A stretch of 60,553 bases of DNA from the IMG/VR virus record IMGVR_UViG_3300025097_001925, positions 1-60,553 of that record. One strand, written 5' to 3'. Positions 28,683 to 36,932 of the stretch are shown here, piece by piece (within the stretch, counting starts at the first letter, position 1; each line of letters opens with the position of its first letter). A program made the translations under genes and the position numbers. Origin of the DNA: a virus (lineage: Duplodnaviria; Caudoviricetes). The notes beneath the pieces are model-generated. The model worked only from the letters and a program-made list of their open reading frames with translations. It was not told where the DNA came from and did not search any database.

Positions 28683-29136
28683 CTTCCGTCTCCACTATTT
28701 TTTCATCATATAAATAATCTACTAATTTTGGTGTTTTAATATCTCTCAAATTAAACGTTCTATATACATCAGCTCGTCTTGCTACTCTTCTTATTTTCTG
28801 TCTATAAAACTTCTCATTTACTCCTCTACCTTCAGGAATTAAAACTCTAAAATAACTCATTTTTTTTATTTCATCTTGAACAATACCTGGTGTACCTATA
28901 CTTCTAATTAATCTTTTGAATAAAGGTAAGGATAAATTATTCAAACTCAATGCATGTACTTTCTGTTCACTCATCTTTGCTTGAACTGGCCATATACTTA
29001 ATACCAATGCCATATAATTACCTGACTGCTGTTTCCCCTCATATCTAAAGAATATAATATCACCTTTCCTTATAGCCCGTTTAGCTATCGGCATTCTTTT
29101 ATTAATTCGTTTTCTATGTATTCCTAAGAAGGTCAT
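28672..29136 (-). CDS. Hypothetical basic protein
   Basis: Coupled ORF; K/R-rich. Confidence 0.7.
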   Translation of the reverse strand: MTFLGIHRKRINKRMPIAKRAIRKGDIIFFRYEGKQQSGNYMALVLSIWPVQAKMSEQKVHALSLNNLSLPLFKRLIRSIGTPGIVQDEIKKMSYFRVLIPEGRGVNEKFYRQKIRRVARRADVYRTFNLRDIKTPKLVDYLYDEKIVETEDED

Positions 29137-29573
29137 TGAATATCCCTAGTAATTCCCATATCCTTACAAGCTTGTAAAAATTCATACTTACCATAAGTAG
29201 TAGCATTTTCTACATCCAACATACTTTCGTACCCCTCATATTTATCCAACTTATTTTTTGGTATCTCAATTACTTGAGCGTACTTCCAAGACCAGTCACT
29301 TATATTACCCTCTGGATAAATTATACCACGTTTTCCCATATTCAAAACAGCTGGAAACCATACTATATTCCTTTCATCATCTACAAAACTTAAATCTCTT
29401 ACTAATTGTGGTGAACTATCTAAAGATGTTTTTAATTCGTCACTGTCTACTATATACCATGAATTACTCATAAACCCACAACTAAAACACAAAAACGAAC
29501 TAAAATCGTCTTGTACTTCTTCAAAACATCTATCAATATCTTGACATACGGGACAATCAACTACTCTTTCCAT
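29133..29573 (-). CDS. Hypothetical Zn-ribbon protein
   Basis: CPVC and CFSCG. Confidence 0.7.
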   Translation of the reverse strand: MERVVDCPVCQDIDRCFEEVQDDFSSFLCFSCGFMSNSWYIVDSDELKTSLDSSPQLVRDLSFVDDERNIVWFPAVLNMGKRGIIYPEGNISDWSWKYAQVIEIPKNKLDKYEGYESMLDVENATTYGKYEFLQACKDMGITRDIQ

Positions 29574-29818
29574 AATTTTCTTTTCCTTAAAGGAATATCC
29601 TTATTCTTCAATGTAACTAAATAATAATCCAAAGAGTCACAGCACTTTTTCCAAACAGGTTTCAATTTATGTCGGTAATCACTATTTTCCTCACAATATT
29701 CTTTTACTAACCGTCTATCACCCGCTTTACCTTTAAATAAACCACCTGCTGGTCTAGCTTCAAGGTCATACCCACATACCTTACACCTACCGTCTACTAA
29801 ATTTTTATTAATTATCAT
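29561..29818 (-). CDS. Hypothetical Cys-containing protein
   Basis: CKVCG; overlaps neighbours in operon style. Confidence 0.55.
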   Translation of the reverse strand: MIINKNLVDGRCKVCGYDLEARPAGGLFKGKAGDRRLVKEYCEENSDYRHKLKPVWKKCCDSLDYYLVTLKNKDIPLRKRKLWKE

Positions 29819-31151
29819 CTACATTTACTTTTTTTAATTTTGGTAACCTAACTTTAGTGTTAGTATCTGTAACCTTCTTAAGTTTAGGTAAATTTAATGA
29901 CACTTCCTTTGGTGTTTTTGGAATATATCTATCAAGTATTTCCTCAAATACTTTAGTCATATTAGTATGAGAAAATTTACCACTATTAATTTTACCTTGT
30001 TCAGTAGCGTTAAACTTGTAGGTTTTATAATTTTTATACACATTCATTAACACCTTAGAACTATTAGGATAATTCACAGTAAACCATTCTGCCCCTTCTG
30101 TCCAAATATTTCTTGGAAACGCTTCTCTAGGTGTTTTATTCATTTCACCACCCAACAATACTGATAATTTCGGGTCAAGAAAATCTACATGACCACTCCA
30201 ACTAGAAGTTATAACGGGTTTCTCACTAAATGTAGCTTCTAACAAAGGTCTACCAAATCCTTCTCCGTGTGTAAATGAAACATGAGCTTTAACTTTCGGA
30301 TGATTATATAAACCATTCATTTCTGTATCAGATAAATCTCCATGTAAAAAATAAATATTAGGTAACTTCTTACCAGATACAGTTTCTTTAATTTGTTTTA
30401 TTTTACTTTCTATATCCTCTCTATCCATTACACAAAAAGTAGCTCCACTTGTTTTTAATATCAAAGCTGGTTGTTGTACCTTATCCTTAAAAGTTTCAAG
30501 AAATGTTTTCACTAACATTCCAGTATCTTTTCTATCATTACCAATCCTACCCTGTAACCAATGACCAACATAAAGAAAACAAAAAGTTTCAGGTATACTC
30601 TTTAACTCATAATGTAGTGATTTTTCTATCTCATCTGTTTTCTTATAAATATTAGTGTCTGCCCCTTCAAATAAAACTTCTATCGGTTTTTCTAATCTTA
30701 TTTCTCCGAGTGGTCTGTTAGAATCCTTTTCATGTTTCTGATAAACACAACCTTCTAATACTTTTTTTGTAAATTTTGAAGGAACTATATTCAAATCCAT
30801 TCTATTCATACCCTCAATCCAGTCTGGTGGACACGCTGTAGTTTCTATACCAGCTGTAATACCTATATTATATTTTCCCAACTGCATAAACTCATTAGGT
30901 ACAACTATATGTACATGAATATCTGGTTGTCTCGGTAATTTATTATCGGTAAGTCTATCAATTATTAAACTATCTGCTTCGTCTTGCATATTCAATGCAT
31001 TCATTGGTGTATTACCCCACCTAACTGGATATACTTTAATATCAAATTTGTCCATTTGTATTAATGAACGTACCAAATCCCTACTATGAGAACCATAACC
31101 AGACCTTGTTGCCACTGGGGCTGTAACTAACATCAAAGGTTTATCACTCAT
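29808..31151 (-). CDS. Glycosyltransferase family 4
   Basis: SGYG, RKD, HGEGFGRPLLEA, WSGHVDF. Confidence 0.9.
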   Translation of the reverse strand: MSDKPLMLVTAPVATRSGYGSHSRDLVRSLIQMDKFDIKVYPVRWGNTPMNALNMQDEADSLIIDRLTDNKLPRQPDIHVHIVVPNEFMQLGKYNIGITAGIETTACPPDWIEGMNRMDLNIVPSKFTKKVLEGCVYQKHEKDSNRPLGEIRLEKPIEVLFEGADTNIYKKTDEIEKSLHYELKSIPETFCFLYVGHWLQGRIGNDRKDTGMLVKTFLETFKDKVQQPALILKTSGATFCVMDREDIESKIKQIKETVSGKKLPNIYFLHGDLSDTEMNGLYNHPKVKAHVSFTHGEGFGRPLLEATFSEKPVITSSWSGHVDFLDPKLSVLLGGEMNKTPREAFPRNIWTEGAEWFTVNYPNSSKVLMNVYKNYKTYKFNATEQGKINSGKFSHTNMTKVFEEILDRYIPKTPKEVSLNLPKLKKVTDTNTKVRLPKLKKVNVDDN

Positions 31152-31160
31152 AACTTACTC

Positions 31161-32552
31161 CTATACCTTATACAATGAATATCTTTTACGAGGTTTCCAC
31201 GTTTCAAAAGCCGTGTCCATAGATTTCATAAATCTTTTACACATCAATTTAGCTGTCATTCCAACTTCTTCTAAGTGCATCCACTCTCTACCCAATTCAC
31301 CACACCTTGTTCTTTCTTCACTACCAAGGTCATACCAATATTTTATAGCCTCTGCTGCTTCATCCCACCTACACCTGTCATCAAATATATAAGGTGTCGG
31401 CATAGAACCTTGTAATGAACGAGTACGAGGCCATACTGGTTTGACCCACTCACCGTGAGTTAAATCAGGATTATTCTCCCATTCCTTATCATTATGTAAT
31501 GAATGAACCCAACTATAATCATTTTCATCTAAATGTTTTCCTTTATATTTGAATCCACATTGGTCTTGTAATCCACCAGTAACATTTACTATAATAGGTG
31601 TCCCTGTCATCAATGACTCTGCCGTTCCTAAACCAAACCCTTCATTAGAAGCTATGTTAATAGTTACATCAGCTATATTATATAAAAAGTTCATTTCCTT
31701 AAAATCTAACCTATCATCTGAAAAGTATACATTTCTATTTGGACAAATAGCTTCTACTACAACTGGTAAGTCTGTACCATTTTCATCTCGTGGTTGTGTA
31801 TGCATTAACAATGCACATTTATCAGCTTCTTCTTCTGATAATGTATTACAGAAAGTATGAAACGCAAGTATTACATCACTTGTCATTTTTCTTCTAATAT
31901 TTCTATTATTGTAGTATAAAACAAAATCGTATTTATTACCATCAAACTTTTGTTTTCTAAATTCTTCAAATTCTCCCCACTCACTATGTAATTCAGTTAA
32001 TGGAAAATATAAATCATCATTTATACCGTGAGGGACATAAGTAACCTGCCAATCTTCTGGTGGATACTTTGTCCAAACATTCTTAACTATATTAACCGTT
32101 TGTTTAGAAATATTCATAATTAAATCACTCGACTCGTAATAAAATTCATTATATTGAGGATAAGGTAAATCATCCCATACATTATAATAAAAAATAGGAA
32201 CATGTTGTCTTATTTCATGTTCCATTTCATATAACCATTGCCAAAATCTTGGGTCTGTATAATGCATAATAGCGTCTGGTTGTTCTCTGACTATCATCTG
32301 TCTTAGTAATTCCTGACTACCATATCCACTAATAGGATAAATAGTCAAACTAGCATCCTTGACACCAGTTTCCTCTCTAGCAGCATCATTCATATCTACT
32401 ACGTTACCATCCTCTGGATGTTTAATAGCTCCACCAACCTGTACCCAATCGTATTGATGTATTGTTCCCATAACCATTTCTTTTGTCATAGTACCAACAC
32501 CAGAGGACATACGAAGATCATCTGAAAAAATTAAAATTTTCTTTTTAGACAT
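31161..32552 (-). CDS. Glycosyltransferase family 4
   Basis: SGVG, PHGI, NRNIRRK, NEGFGLGTAES, TGGL. Confidence 0.9.
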   Translation of the reverse strand: MSKKKILIFSDDLRMSSGVGTMTKEMVMGTIHQYDWVQVGGAIKHPEDGNVVDMNDAAREETGVKDASLTIYPISGYGSQELLRQMIVREQPDAIMHYTDPRFWQWLYEMEHEIRQHVPIFYYNVWDDLPYPQYNEFYYESSDLIMNISKQTVNIVKNVWTKYPPEDWQVTYVPHGINDDLYFPLTELHSEWGEFEEFRKQKFDGNKYDFVLYYNNRNIRRKMTSDVILAFHTFCNTLSEEEADKCALLMHTQPRDENGTDLPVVVEAICPNRNVYFSDDRLDFKEMNFLYNIADVTINIASNEGFGLGTAESLMTGTPIIVNVTGGLQDQCGFKYKGKHLDENDYSWVHSLHNDKEWENNPDLTHGEWVKPVWPRTRSLQGSMPTPYIFDDRCRWDEAAEAIKYWYDLGSEERTRCGELGREWMHLEEVGMTAKLMCKRFMKSMDTAFETWKPRKRYSLYKV

Positions 32553-32574
32553 AATAACCTCTTTCTTTTAAAAA

Positions 32575-32727
32575 TTAATCGTGCAATAACTCTTTTTTAA
32601 CTTCTTCTTTATGAACACTCTTTTTTATGACACTCAAGTGTTCTTCCATTTTAACCAATATTCTATGCATATCGTGAAGTAATCTCTCAACATTTTTATT
32701 ATTTGGCATACTACCTGTATTCTTCAT
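32575..32727 (-). CDS. Small hypothetical protein (50 aa; not in ORF track)
   Basis: MKNTGSMPNN...KKELLHD; ATGA overlap with upstream stop. Confidence 0.55.
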   Translation of the reverse strand: MKNTGSMPNNKNVERLLHDMHRILVKMEEHLSVIKKSVHKEEVKKELLHD

Positions 32728-32915
32728 AATCTACTACCACTCGGTTTAAGTGCGTCATATTTTTCTATTTTTTTTCTGAACTTATCATCTCTTACATACA
32801 AATCCATAGAGCGATTGACAAGTTTTTGTAACGTAAATTCTCCGTCTAGATTTCTACCTTTAAATTGTTTATATAAGTCAATTAATATTTTGACTGTAGT
32901 TAATTTTACTTCCAT
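32724..32915 (-). CDS. Small ribbon-helix-helix-like DNA-binding protein
   Basis: KLTTVKI strand then two helices (DLYKQFK; LQKLVNRSMDLY). Confidence 0.55.
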   Translation of the reverse strand: MEVKLTTVKILIDLYKQFKGRNLDGEFTLQKLVNRSMDLYVRDDKFRKKIEKYDALKPSGSRL

Positions 32916-32924
32916 AATAATTCC

Positions 32925-32946
32925 ATATATATGTATATATAAATAT
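32925..32946 (-). promoter_or_regulatory. Inverted copy of the TATATACATATATAT motif upstream of the RHH-like gene
   Basis: Minus strand reads ATATTTATATATACATATATAT, 10 nt before the ATG. Confidence 0.5.
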
Positions 32947-32951
32947 CTATT

Positions 32952-33359
32952 TTAATTAATAATAACCGATTTTTTATTTAACTCTCCCACGTGTTTAAGA
33001 GTGTTCAAAGTACCATTAGATTTAATACCTTTTGGTATAAAAGCTACAACATAATCAGAATAATCTGCTATTTCTTTATTCCTTTTAAAATAATTGTATA
33101 CACTATATGGTTTACTATAGTTATACTTTTCTGTAATACAATGTTGATTGTAATTATAATGAGCTGGTGGAAACTCCACATATTTCATATCAAATTCAAG
33201 AGCATATTTCTTAGCTAACTTATCTGCTCCTAATCTCTGTCCACCACTCACAATTTCTACTTCTTTTCCATACTTTTCTTTTAATTTAAAAACAAAATTC
33301 TTTATTTTTTGTTTGTCTGTATATTTTCTACTACCTACTATACCCACTTTAATCTTCAT
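32952..33359 (-). CDS. SLOG superfamily protein (YspA/DUF2493-like)
   Basis: IVGSR, IVSGG..GAD, RN..I, S.GT. Confidence 0.8.
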   Translation of the reverse strand: MKIKVGIVGSRKYTDKQKIKNFVFKLKEKYGKEVEIVSGGQRLGADKLAKKYALEFDMKYVEFPPAHYNYNQHCITEKYNYSKPYSVYNYFKRNKEIADYSDYVVAFIPKGIKSNGTLNTLKHVGELNKKSVIIN

Positions 33360-33780
33360 AATCATTTCTCTTTTGTATTCTCTTGGGTGGTTTAGGTGAT
33401 GTACAAAACTTAGCTGCTCTATTAAACTCATTCAATGACTCTAAGAATGCATCAAAATTATTTTCTTTATACACATATTGAAATCTATTGTGTCCCTTTC
33501 CTTTATAATAAAATGGTACTATATCAAACCACGTAAATTCATTCGGACCTGTAGAAGAGTTTGCTTTAACAAGAGTTTTGTAACGTAATTTACTTTCCCA
33601 TTTTTTTAAAAACCTACGAAGTTCCTTTGCTTCTATTTCATTTTTTTCATACCATAACTTTAACAAAAATGGTTTTGCTAAATCTTCATATATTTCATTT
33701 ATTTTTTCTATAATAATACTTTCTTTAGAACCAATAAATTCACTAAGTTTCATTCTTAAACTCAATTTAATATATCCCAT
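33349..33780 (-). CDS. Hypothetical protein
   Basis: Likely start MGYIKL at 33780. Confidence 0.65.
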   Translation of the reverse strand: MGYIKLSLRMKLSEFIGSKESIIIEKINEIYEDLAKPFLLKLWYEKNEIEAKELRRFLKKWESKLRYKTLVKANSSTGPNEFTWFDIVPFYYKGKGHNRFQYVYKENNFDAFLESLNEFNRAAKFCTSPKPPKRIQKRNDYED

Positions 33781-33781
33781 A

Positions 33782-34660
33782 TCAAGCCTTCCTATCACAT
33801 AAATCTGGTCTATCTTTATACTCACAAAAACGACAATTTTTGGTCGTTGGTACTTTATTATAAATATGCTCTGTATTATATTCCCCTTCAACAAAACATT
33901 CGTCTGTAAACTCTTTTAATCTACTTATAACTCTATTAATACTCGGAGTTCCACTTGCTGGTACAAATAACTGAATTCTCTTTTGAGGGAACTTAGCATT
34001 TTCATACAACTTTCTTTTTAGAATAAAAAATTCAACTTCAATTTTATCCATTGGGTGATTAAATTGTTTAGAATAAAATTGTTTATATAACAGTAATTGA
34101 TTACTTTTTGACCTATCTTTCTTGGCCCACTTATTCCAACCCATTGTCGAAGTTTTAATATCTATAATTTTTATAACATCTCTAATAGTATCTTTTAATA
34201 TAATATCTAAATATCCTTTAAAACATATACCATTACCCATATCATAATCAAGAGGTGTTTCTATCCCTACCAATTCATAACCACGTTTAGAAAAATATTG
34301 ACCACGTTTCTTTTTTAAAAAATCTAATATTAGACACCCGTGTTCATAAAACTCAGCCATATCTTTCTGAGTAGTAATTTCAGTAGGATCATTTTTATAT
34401 TGAACTCTTTCATCCATAATACTCAAATAATTTTCTTTCATACGAGTCAACAACATAGTTTTTAATGGTAACATATCAGCTTTTTTAGCTGTTTCAGAAT
34501 ACATCGTTGTAATATATTCCTGTACAACTTCGTGCATCGAAGTTCCAAATAACGTATATATATTATCAGTAAATTCTCTGAGATTTTCTATATAATTTAA
34601 TTTCCAACGCCACGGACATTTGTCCCATATTGAAAATTGACTATAACTTATTTTTTTCAT
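33782..34660 (-). CDS. PD-(D/E)XK nuclease (RecB/Cas4-like)
   Basis: SYSQ..CP, FGTSMHE, GYLD...IIDIKT, QL..Y, CRFC...C. Confidence 0.88.
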   Translation of the reverse strand: MKKISYSQFSIWDKCPWRWKLNYIENLREFTDNIYTLFGTSMHEVVQEYITTMYSETAKKADMLPLKTMLLTRMKENYLSIMDERVQYKNDPTEITTQKDMAEFYEHGCLILDFLKKKRGQYFSKRGYELVGIETPLDYDMGNGICFKGYLDIILKDTIRDVIKIIDIKTSTMGWNKWAKKDRSKSNQLLLYKQFYSKQFNHPMDKIEVEFFILKRKLYENAKFPQKRIQLFVPASGTPSINRVISRLKEFTDECFVEGEYNTEHIYNKVPTTKNCRFCEYKDRPDLCDRKA

Positions 34661-34779
34661 TAATCCATCCACTTTCCGTCGTGAATTAAATGTTACATTC
34701 TATGTTTTAAAATTTCCCACATCAAACCTAAATAAGACTTAGATTTATAAATACCAGCTTTACATTTGAACATATACAT
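34660..34779 (-). pseudogene. 40-codon small gene interrupted by TAA
   Basis: MYMFKCKAGIYKSKSYLGLMWEILKHRM*HLIHDGKWMD*; TAATG-coupled at both ends; internal stop at 34693-34695. Confidence 0.6.
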
Positions 34780-35168
34780 TACTTACCCCATTTTCCATTT
34801 CTAACAATCCTTGCCATAGTACTATAATTTGTTAAATCCTGAAACGAATCCTTAACAGTTTCAGAAATTCCTTCTCTATCCTGTCTCACTACAAGATTAA
34901 CTAATCTATTAACTTTATCATTTATCCTTACAACTAAACCCGTAGTTGACAATTTGATATCCTCTTCTCGTTCTAAATTAGTTCCCATTGCTATATTTGA
35001 TGGACCATAATCACTCTGTTTCTGACAAAACAATTCATAATCTTCACGTTGTAATCTCCTAAACTCCTCTGTCATTACTGGGTAATTCTTTTCTAAATAA
35101 TTTGTGGGTGATATTTTAACTGTATCAACGGTTTTCTTTTTGTTACTTTCTTTTATTACTTTAACCAT
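34779..35168 (-). CDS. DUF1599 / nucleotide-modification-associated domain 1 protein
   Basis: K..DYG, R..DK..RL, E.V.D...DL.NY. Confidence 0.75.
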   Translation of the reverse strand: MVKVIKESNKKKTVDTVKISPTNYLEKNYPVMTEEFRRLQREDYELFCQKQSDYGPSNIAMGTNLEREEDIKLSTTGLVVRINDKVNRLVNLVVRQDREGISETVKDSFQDLTNYSTMARIVRNGKWGK

Positions 35169-35623
35169 TTGTTTATTTCCTTTTTATCATTACCATACAT
35201 TTCTAAAATACTTCTCAATTCATCTTTATTTATTGTATAATACAACTCTACCATTTCCTGAGCTTCTTGTAAACCTACCTCAAAATATCTACCAACAACT
35301 TCTAACATTTCTTTTGGAAAATCCATCTCTTTCTTTTTCTTAACATAACGAAGCCATTGTTTCTTTTTAGGGATTACATCAACATACAACTTGTATAAAT
35401 CTTTTGGTTTCAATGTATACTTTTGAACTTGATTTACAAACCCAATCCATTCCGTTTTCATAGATAAAAATCTATGAACCATGTAATTAGACCAAGATTT
35501 TTTATCTTCGTCTGAAACCTCATCCCAATAATTAGGATTTTGAACTCCCGTTATTTGATTTACGTGGTCGAACAGACTCTTCTTTTTTACCGAAGATTGA
35601 TTCCCACTTTTTTTCCCATTCAT
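35156..35623 (-). CDS. Clamp loader small subunit (gp62-like)
   Basis: LFD, YMVHRFLS, IPKKKQWLRY; next to the clamp loader ATPase. Confidence 0.7.
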   Translation of the reverse strand: MNGKKSGNQSSVKKKSLFDHVNQITGVQNPNYWDEVSDEDKKSWSNYMVHRFLSMKTEWIGFVNQVQKYTLKPKDLYKLYVDVIPKKKQWLRYVKKKKEMDFPKEMLEVVGRYFEVGLQEAQEMVELYYTINKDELRSILEMYGNDKKEINKWLK

Positions 35624-35747
35624 CTTGACTTATTCCTATTCTAGGTGCATCTCCCTTTCCTGCTTCAGATTTTTTAGTAAAAAGTGAATCACTTTTTGGT
35701 TCTGGTTTCTTTTCTTCTTTTTTCTTTTCAGTTTTCTTCTTCTTCAA
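35532..35747 (-). CDS. Small basic hypothetical protein
   Basis: AGKGD.PR...W..IF pattern; substantial overlap with neighbour. Confidence 0.5.
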   Translation of the reverse strand: MKKKKTEKKKEEKKPEPKSDSLFTKKSEAGKGDAPRIGISQDEWEKKWESIFGKKEESVRPRKSNNGSSKS

Positions 35748-35988
35748 GTCCTAATCCACTACCTTCTAAAAATTTTTCAGCTACCTTACCACAATTACCA
35801 CAACTATAAACTTGTACTGGAATTAAAGTTTCCTGTCCAGTTGGTGATACTAGTGCTGATAATCTTTTTAATACAAATGAATTAATAAATAAATAATTAT
35901 CACAACTATTACATTTAATAGTTTCTGCATCTCTTAAATCTACTTTAACTTGTGCCTGTGGTAATGGCTTCATTGGTTTTGTACTCAT
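35728..35988 (-). CDS. Zn-ribbon hypothetical protein
   Basis: CNSC...SPTGQE...CGNCG. Confidence 0.75.
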   Translation of the reverse strand: MSTKPMKPLPQAQVKVDLRDAETIKCNSCDNYLFINSFVLKRLSALVSPTGQETLIPVQVYSCGNCGKVAEKFLEGSGLGLEEEEN

Positions 35989-36932
35989 TATTTTATCTCC
36001 TGTAATAATTCTATTAACATAGCCATAGCGTTGATTTCTTTATCTACAACCTGACTATCACTCAGTTCATATTTTGCTATTATCAAAATACATTCTGCTA
36101 CATGACCAGACCCATATTCATCAACCTTATCATATAACAATCTAAATAAATCAGCATAATCTCTTACTCTATTATCTGTAAGTAATTGTCTGATACCTTT
36201 AAAAGCATCTTTCTTATCTTGTATTTTTAATATTTCTAATAGTTTTAATTTATAATCATTTTGTAATATACTCTCAGTATCCAAAACAAGTTTACCATTT
36301 ACAACATTTCTTTGGGATGTATTTATTACTCTACGAATATCTGGATAATTACTATCTACTATAACCTTAATATCTTCCAACTCATATTCAACATTTTCAT
36401 TTTTAAGAATATTATCAACCAAGTGTCGAGCCACTTCCATTCTTGTTAATGGTTCTATGTGGAATGACTGACACCTACTCTGTATTGGTTCAATTATACG
36501 CTCGACGTAATTACAAGTTAAAATAAACCTACAATGTCTACTGAAGGTTTCCATTAGATTCCTTAAAGCAGCTTGTGCATTAGGAGTTATATAGTCACAC
36601 TCGTCGAGCGTAATTATTTTTAAATCTTTGAATCCTACTGAGGAGGCGAAGTTTTTTATTTTAGTTCTTACTGTCTCTATGTTATTTTCATCAGAAGCAT
36701 TGATGTACAAATGATCACATTCAATTTGTTTCGTCAGAATTTTAGCGAGAGTGGTCTTACCTGTACCAGCCTTCCCGTATAGTAAAAGATGTGGTAAGTC
36801 ACCACTCTCTAGATAAATAGACACTTTACTTTTGAGATGTTCGTTCCCAATGTAGGTATCTAATTTAGAAGGTCGGTACTTTTCAACCCATAAAGAGTGT
36901 TTCTTATAAATATTATCCCCAGAACTTTTCAC
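35988..36932 (-). CDS. Clamp loader AAA+ ATPase (gp44/RFC-like)
   Basis: WVEKYRP, GKAGTGKT, NASDE, DECD, SRC. Confidence 0.95.
   Translation of the reverse strand: MKSSGDNIYKKHSLWVEKYRPSKLDTYIGNEHLKSKVSIYLESGDLPHLLLYGKAGTGKTTLAKILTKQIECDHLYINASDENNIETVRTKIKNFASSVGFKDLKIITLDECDYITPNAQAALRNLMETFSRHCRFILTCNYVERIIEPIQSRCQSFHIEPLTRMEVARHLVDNILKNENVEYELEDIKVIVDSNYPDIRRVINTSQRNVVNGKLVLDTESILQNDYKLKLLEILKIQDKKDAFKGIRQLLTDNRVRDYADLFRLLYDKVDEYGSGHVAECILIIAKYELSDSQVVDKEINAMAMLIELLQEIK

Noticed and set aside
3678-32552. Bacterial LPS/capsule locus next to a prophage
   Set aside because: Continuous same-strand coupling with phage genes on both sides, interspersed phage-type small ORFs, and no export genes, integrase or att site seen
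33782-34660. Cas4 as part of a CRISPR system
   Set aside because: Stand-alone PD-(D/E)XK nuclease in a replication block; no array or other cas genes
17315-34779. Stop-codon reassignment suggested by two in-frame TAA codons
   Set aside because: TAA, TAG and TGA all end intact genes, and long conserved genes are uninterrupted in the standard code
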